49,426 nucleotides of DNA from Microbacteriaceae bacterium (lineage in GTDB: Bacteria > Actinomycetota > Actinomycetes > Actinomycetales > Microbacteriaceae). The notes beneath the pieces are model-generated. The model worked only from the letters and a program-made list of their open reading frames with translations, ran no database searches and had not been told where the DNA came from. The DNA lies in assembly GCA_035514995.1 (NCBI GenBank), contig DATJCC010000048.1:1-49426 (forward strand), in the 5' to 3' direction. The position numbers were made by a program, and so were the translations under genes. Every line of letters starts with the position of its first letter. Within the stretch, counting starts at the first letter, position 1. This document shows positions 44,047 through 49,426 of this stretch, in pieces.

Positions 44047-45252
44047 ATGGCAGATGAAACAGTTTTTAAAGGACTCGCAGGAGTTGTAGCCGACTTCACC
44101 GCGGTATCTAAGGTAAACCCCGAATCAAACAGCCTGCTGTACCGCGGGTATCCCGTGCAAGAGCTTGCAGCAACTCAACCATTTGAAGCGGTTGCATACC
44201 TGCTTTGGAATGGTGAGCTACCAAACGAAGAACAGCTAAACGAGTTGCGCACAAAAGAACGCGAATACAGAGCACTAGCTAAAAACGTCAAAGCTGCTAT
44301 CGACTTATTACCACTTGAAACCCACCCGATGGACGAAGTGCGCACCGCCGTTTCGGTTATAGGCGCATCAGACACTTCGGGCGGAGGTTCAGTGCTAGAC
44401 GCTGCAGGAAGCCCAGAAGAAAACCTAGACCGTGCCATCCGCATGTATGCAGCGCTACCCGCAATTGTTGCTTACGGGCAGAGACGCCGTAGAAGCCAAG
44501 AATTGGTAGAACCCCGTGACGATCTAGATTATGCTGCGAACTTTTTGTGGATGACCTTTGGTGAAGAGTCCCAAGAAACAGTGTTGAACCCTAAAGTCGT
44601 TGATGCTTTCAACCAGTCAATGATTCTTTATGCCGAGCACTCGTTTAACGCTTCAACATTCACTGCCCGGGTTATCACCTCAACCCTTTCAGACATCTAC
44701 TCTGCAGTGGTCGGCGCTATCGGTGCGTTAAAGGGACCTTTGCATGGCGGAGCAAACGAAGCCGTGCTGCATATTTTCAACGAAATTGGTTCAGCAGACA
44801 AAGTCGAAGAGTGGTTAGATAAGGCGCTCGCAGAAAAACGCAAAATCATGGGTTTTGGTCATCGCGTTTATAAACGTGGTGACTCACGAGTACCAACCAT
44901 GAAAAAGGCACTCGATTCACTCGTAGAACTTTGCGACCGCCCAGACGTGCTTGAGCTTTATAACAAACTTGAAGACGAGTTTGTCAGCCGCAAAGGAATT
45001 TATCCAAACCTCGACTATCCTTCGGGCCCAGCATACGACCTGATCGGTTTCGATGTTCTCACATTTACTCCGCTCTTTATCGCATCAAGGGTTACGGGCT
45101 GGACAGCTCACATTATGGAACAGACAGCATCAAATGCTCTGATTCGCCCGCTCTCTGCATATAACGGGGTAGACGAGCGCCATATTGATGGGTATGTTGC
45201 TGATAAGGAAGTTCTTGCGGCTAGCGAACGGGTAGAAGAAGCTAAGGAGTAA
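44047..45252 (+). CDS. prpC: 2-methylcitrate/citrate synthase
   Basis: KGLAGV, EHSFNASTF, GPLHGGANE, MGFGHRVYK, YPNLD; start ATG 44047 after AAGGAG. Confidence 0.94.
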   Translation: MADETVFKGLAGVVADFTAVSKVNPESNSLLYRGYPVQELAATQPFEAVAYLLWNGELPNEEQLNELRTKEREYRALAKNVKAAIDLLPLETHPMDEVRTAVSVIGASDTSGGGSVLDAAGSPEENLDRAIRMYAALPAIVAYGQRRRRSQELVEPRDDLDYAANFLWMTFGEESQETVLNPKVVDAFNQSMILYAEHSFNASTFTARVITSTLSDIYSAVVGAIGALKGPLHGGANEAVLHIFNEIGSADKVEEWLDKALAEKRKIMGFGHRVYKRGDSRVPTMKKALDSLVELCDRPDVLELYNKLEDEFVSRKGIYPNLDYPSGPAYDLIGFDVLTFTPLFIASRVTGWTAHIMEQTASNALIRPLSAYNGVDERHIDGYVADKEVLAASERVEEAKE

Positions 45253-45257
45253 CAGTG

Positions 45258-46439
45258 ATGGCTGAGAAGGTTGTACTTGTAGCCGGAGCGCGCACCCCAA
45301 TCGGATCATACAACGGTGTTTTTAAAGACGTTGATGCCTATGAATTGGGGGCGGCTGCGGTAACGGAAGCACTCAGCAGAGCTGGAGTCGCTACTGAAGA
45401 AGTCGACGAAGTTATTATGGGTTGCATCTCACAGGTCGGCCCCGATGCGTATAACGCCCGGCGCGTAGCCCTTGCCGCGGGACTGGATAAAAGTGTGCCC
45501 GCATTCAATGTAAACAGGTTGTGCGGGTCTGGTTTGCAAGCGATTTGGTCTGGTGCTCAAGAGCTACTTTGGGGTGGAGCTGACGTAATTGTTGCCGGTG
45601 GTAACGAATCAATGTCACGCACCCCGTTTTTAGATTTTGGTGCTCGTAGTGGTGCTAGGTTGGGAAATCGCTCGCTACTCGATGGAACACTTGCGATATT
45701 GACCGACCCTTTCAGCAAAAAGCATATGGGCGTTACTGCCGAAAATGTCGCAAATAAATATGACATTAGTAGGCAAGAACAAGATGAATTTGCGCTTCTC
45801 TCACAGCAGCGCGCAGACTCCCCTGAGGCGCAAGCGGCATTCTCCGAAGAGATTATTGCAGTTTCTTCTGGTGGGCGTAAACCTGTGTTGATTGAAAAAG
45901 ATGAACACCCCAAACCAGATACAACTATTGAAGTGTTGGGGGGTCTGCGTGCAGCATTTGCTGAGGGTGGGTCGGTTACGGCCGGCAACTCATCAGGCAT
46001 AAATGATGGTGCTGGTGCCGCGGTTTTGATGCGCGAATCTGATGTTCGAGCTCGAGGCCTTAAAGGGTTGGCTACGATTGAAGCCGTCACTACTGCAGCG
46101 TTAGAACCCGAGATGATGGGTTACGCACCAGTTCTTGCGCTTGAACGCCTCTGGAAGCAAACAGGGCTGACCCCTGCAGACGTAGACGTTATTGAACTGA
46201 ACGAAGCTTTTGCATCGCAGGCTGTTGCAGTGATCCGCGATGCTGGCTTAGATTTAGCAAAAACTAACCCATACGGCGGAGCGATAGCGTTAGGTCACCC
46301 GGTTGGCGCAACAGCTGCAATCTTGACTGTTCGCGCTGCGATGGATCTACACCGAAGAGACCTTGAATACGCAGTCGTTACTATGTGCATCGGTGGCGGG
46401 CAGGCGTTAGCAGCTCTAATTCGTCGATACGACGCATAA
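45258..46439 (+). CDS. Acetyl-CoA acyltransferase (thiolase)
   Basis: NRLCGSG, NEAFA, GHPVGA, MCIGGG. Confidence 0.95.
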   Translation: MAEKVVLVAGARTPIGSYNGVFKDVDAYELGAAAVTEALSRAGVATEEVDEVIMGCISQVGPDAYNARRVALAAGLDKSVPAFNVNRLCGSGLQAIWSGAQELLWGGADVIVAGGNESMSRTPFLDFGARSGARLGNRSLLDGTLAILTDPFSKKHMGVTAENVANKYDISRQEQDEFALLSQQRADSPEAQAAFSEEIIAVSSGGRKPVLIEKDEHPKPDTTIEVLGGLRAAFAEGGSVTAGNSSGINDGAGAAVLMRESDVRARGLKGLATIEAVTTAALEPEMMGYAPVLALERLWKQTGLTPADVDVIELNEAFASQAVAVIRDAGLDLAKTNPYGGAIALGHPVGATAAILTVRAAMDLHRRDLEYAVVTMCIGGGQALAALIRRYDA

Positions 46440-46537
46440 TCTGATTTGTGAGTTTAACTTCAAGGGAGCGTTATCGCTCAAAATGTTCTATTGTGACAGG
46501 TAGCTCTTGGGAGCTAAAGCTTTTATGCATAACACGC

Positions 46538-48019
46538 TCAGAAGGCCTTACCGGGGTTCATAATTCCAGTAGGGTCAAGGGCGTCTTTGATCTTATGGTG
46601 CAGGTTTATTGAAGTTGTTCCTAGATCATCACGAGCCCATTTTGTTTTTAGCAGACCGATTCCATGTTCACCAGATGTCGCGCCACCAAACTCATAGACG
46701 GTGCTTAAAATTTCATCCATCGCTGTTTCAAGAGATGCTTCATCATCTTTAAAATGTTTCGAGGTCGCTGCGCTTGACTTTGCATTTTGTGTACTTAAAA
46801 ATACGTGCAGGTTTCCGTCTCCAGCATGAGCTGCGATACGAGTTTTGAGACCAAATTTTGTTGCAACTTCGCGCACCAAATAAATTGTGTCTAGCAGCTT
46901 TGTTATAGGGACAGAAATATCTTGAGCGATCATCGGGAAGCTGGTTGATCGCTCTACAAGCGCCTCAGCCGAAACTTCAGTGGGATCACTCGAGTTGTTT
47001 CTTAAAGCACTTCGACCGGGAGTTGACCCACGCCTCACCTCAAGCACTGCCGCCATCTCGTGTTCTTGCACGTGATGAAAACCAACCTGGGTGTTGGAAA
47101 TAATTTCTTTCAGTTTTGTTGCCTCTTGCAATGCTGCGAGTCCATCAACTTCAAGCATCAACAGGGCCGGGTCGGCACCCCACCCTGACACTTCTCCTAG
47201 AAGTGGTGTGAGAGCAGAAGTGTCACGAGTTAACAGCGCTCCCGCATCAAGTATTTCGCACATAGAAGGTGTGAAGGTTTCTAAGATGCTTATTACCGCG
47301 CTAGCTGCGTCTGTAATGTTTGCAAAAGCCACAAGAGTTAAAATTGATTCACTCGCTTTCGGGCAGAAAGTAATACCTATTTTGGTAATGACCCCGAGTG
47401 TGCCCTCAGATCCAATAAATAAATTCTTTAAGTTATATCCAGTTGTATCTTTTATGACGGGATGTCCCAGAGTTACAAGTTCTCCGGTTGACAGCACAAC
47501 GTCTAGAGTTTGCACCCAGTCAGCTGTGACCCCGTATTTGACACAGCGTAAGCCACCCGCATTAGTGGCGACTGTGCCACCTATGCTGGCAACTCGGTAG
47601 CTTGCAGGGTCGGGCGGGTACATAAAACCGAGCGGATCAAGCAAATCTTCGATTTCGCCCAGTGTGACCCCAGGCTCTACAACTAATCTTCTTGCAGCGG
47701 GATCAAATTCTTGCACCCTTTTCATGCGTGATACATCAATTATTAAACTTGGTGAAATTGGTACTGATCCACCAGAAAGGCCCGTTCGCGCACCACGGGG
47801 AATAACTGCTAAAGCATTGTTGCGCGCGAAATTTATTAGAAGTTGAACTTCTTCAGCGCTAGTTGGGAAGGCCACTAAACTGTGGGAAGTAGCTTCAGCA
47901 GGTGATGCATCTTTTAGCTCTTGCGGGTCAGCAACTAAAAAGATTTTTGCTACAAGTCTCGGATGCTGACGTACAAGTTCGCGCATCAGCGTTTCAAGTT
48001 TTATTGCTGCATTGCTCAT
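46538..48019 (-). CDS. FAD-linked oxidase, GlcD/D-2-hydroxyacid dehydrogenase family
   Basis: PRGARTGLSGG, PDPAS, GSEGTLG, HAGDGNLH, GEHGIG, NPGK. Confidence 0.9.
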   Translation of the reverse strand: MSNAAIKLETLMRELVRQHPRLVAKIFLVADPQELKDASPAEATSHSLVAFPTSAEEVQLLINFARNNALAVIPRGARTGLSGGSVPISPSLIIDVSRMKRVQEFDPAARRLVVEPGVTLGEIEDLLDPLGFMYPPDPASYRVASIGGTVATNAGGLRCVKYGVTADWVQTLDVVLSTGELVTLGHPVIKDTTGYNLKNLFIGSEGTLGVITKIGITFCPKASESILTLVAFANITDAASAVISILETFTPSMCEILDAGALLTRDTSALTPLLGEVSGWGADPALLMLEVDGLAALQEATKLKEIISNTQVGFHHVQEHEMAAVLEVRRGSTPGRSALRNNSSDPTEVSAEALVERSTSFPMIAQDISVPITKLLDTIYLVREVATKFGLKTRIAAHAGDGNLHVFLSTQNAKSSAATSKHFKDDEASLETAMDEILSTVYEFGGATSGEHGIGLLKTKWARDDLGTTSINLHHKIKDALDPTGIMNPGKAF

Positions 48020-48147
48020 AAATACATTATTGCAAGACTGAGCTTTTCAGCGAGCTCGGCTCTTGTTGGTGAGAGAATAAACTTAAAATCAGTCAGAAAA
48101 ACCAGTTGGAAAAGTCTCTGAAGTTTGGTGAAAGATGAAACAGCTAT

Positions 48148-48531
48148 ATGGATAGGTGGGCGTGGCTTACGGGCGCCATAATTTTTGAGGTAGGTGCGAC
48201 TCTCTCTTTAAAGGGCGCACTCGATTTTCCAATCCTATATATCGTAATAGTGGTCGGATACCTTATTGCTTTCATCTGCCTAAGCCAGACGCTTAAAGCG
48301 GGAATGCCGTTAGGGGTTGCCTACGGAGTGTGGGGTTCAGCCGGTGTAGCGCTTACCGCTTTGCTGGCTCACCTTATATTTGCGGAGCCGCTGACCTTAG
48401 TGATGTGGCTTGGAATCTTATTAGTTATTATTGGTGTTTTGTTTGTCGAGATTGGCTCCCAGCACGCTTCACAACACTTAACTAAGCAGCATTTAACTAA
48501 AGAGCATTCCACTAAAGAGAGAGCAACATAA
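48148..48531 (+). CDS. SMR family transporter subunit 1
   Basis: W..L..AIIFEV (membrane Glu), PLGVAYGVW, 4 TM. Confidence 0.9.
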   Translation: MDRWAWLTGAIIFEVGATLSLKGALDFPILYIVIVVGYLIAFICLSQTLKAGMPLGVAYGVWGSAGVALTALLAHLIFAEPLTLVMWLGILLVIIGVLFVEIGSQHASQHLTKQHLTKEHSTKERAT

Positions 48532-48857
48532 TGGCTTGGGTTTGGCTTGCGGGGGCCGTAATTTTTGAAGTGACAGGAACGTTGTCTTTAAGAATGGCAT
48601 CACTCGGTAAGAAATTATGGTTTATAGGGGTAGCGGTCGGCTATCTTGCCTCATTTACTATGCTCATTTTGGCGTTAGCAGGCGGGATGCACCTTGGCGT
48701 TGCCTACGGTATTTGGACAGCAACGGGGGTTGTCTTAACTGCGGTTCTTTCAAAGATATTCTTCAAAGAGCCTCTTAGCTGGCTGATGGGTCTTGGAATA
48801 GTGTTAATTGTTGGAGGGGTGCTTTTAATTGAGGTGGGCAGTGTACAAGGCTTTTAA
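48531..48857 (+). CDS. SMR family transporter subunit 2
   Basis: AVIFEV, LGVAYGIW, FFKEPL; translationally coupled to subunit 1. Confidence 0.9.
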   Translation: MAWVWLAGAVIFEVTGTLSLRMASLGKKLWFIGVAVGYLASFTMLILALAGGMHLGVAYGIWTATGVVLTAVLSKIFFKEPLSWLMGLGIVLIVGGVLLIEVGSVQGF

Positions 48858-48910
48858 AGAAGCGTAAGCTTTAGTCACAGTTTCTACTAGTTAGAGGTAG
48901 GTCAGGTGTC

Positions 48911-49294
48911 ATGATCGTTGTGCCTTCATTAATCGCAACCGTGACACTTCTGGTGGTGCGGATTGTGCTTACGGTAGCTTTCACCCGAGAAGCCATGCTT
49001 AAGATGAAAGACATACCAAAGTTTGCAAAGAACGATGAAATTCCAGTGCCGTTGGCCTGGTTCGTTGCGATAACAGAGCTGGCGGCAGCCGTATCGTTTG
49101 CCACAGGTTTTCTCTCACAGCTTGCGGGGCTGGGCGTAATTGTGTTGATGCTGATAACAACAAGCATGCACATGTTCAAATGGAAAAGCAGTTATTGGGC
49201 GCAAAAGGGTGGGCCAGAATACGATCTGATGCTATTGGTTCTCGCAGCAGTTATCGTTGTTTTTGGTCCGGGTAGCTTAGCTATTACACTCTAA
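48911..49294 (+). CDS. DoxX family membrane protein
   Basis: LVVRIVL, ELAAA...TGF, GGPEYDLML, GPGSLA. Confidence 0.85.
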   Translation: MIVVPSLIATVTLLVVRIVLTVAFTREAMLKMKDIPKFAKNDEIPVPLAWFVAITELAAAVSFATGFLSQLAGLGVIVLMLITTSMHMFKWKSSYWAQKGGPEYDLMLLVLAAVIVVFGPGSLAITL

Positions 49295-49426
49295 AATTTA
49301 GTGCAGGGATTGGATAATCGGTTGCTATGCGCTGTGGATCTTAGCCCGAGGTTTTGCTAAAGAGAAACCTAAAGCATAATATTTTTGGGATCCCTAAACT
49401 GAGTGAATAGTGCAACGGGACTCTGT

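Noticed and set aside
48020-48147. Guanidine riboswitch upstream of the SMR pair
   Set aside because: No paired ACGR hairpins or ykkC-III-like motif recognised

Overview
This is the chromosomal origin region of an actinobacterium with unusually moderate GC; the protein style suggests Microbacteriaceae (Leucobacter/Canibacter-like), which is an inference. Core order: tRNA-Ile, DUF3566, gyrA, gyrB, dciA, recF, dnaN, oriC, dnaA, rpmH, rnpA, yidD, yidC, jag, rsmG, parA, parB, trxA, trxB. Next come a divergent RimB-like peptidase/RimK(+RCK_C) pair, cca, a mycothiol-type mshB-ino1-mshA cluster, rpsF-ssb-rpsR-rplI and dnaB. These are followed by an uncharacterised divergent MoxR-type AAA+/vWA/hypothetical module, purB, a long catabolic run (aminotransferase, 2-oxoacid dehydrogenase, crotonase, GntR-prpDBC, thiolase), a GlcD-like oxidase, a paired SMR and DoxX. 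No mobile element or CRISPR array was seen. Best leads: the AAA/vWA/third-gene module, two perfect parS palindromes inside the recF reading frame, a second phased DnaA-box array upstream of dnaB, and a RimK whose usual substrate S6 has no C-terminal Glu. All calls come from motif recognition; no database searches were run.
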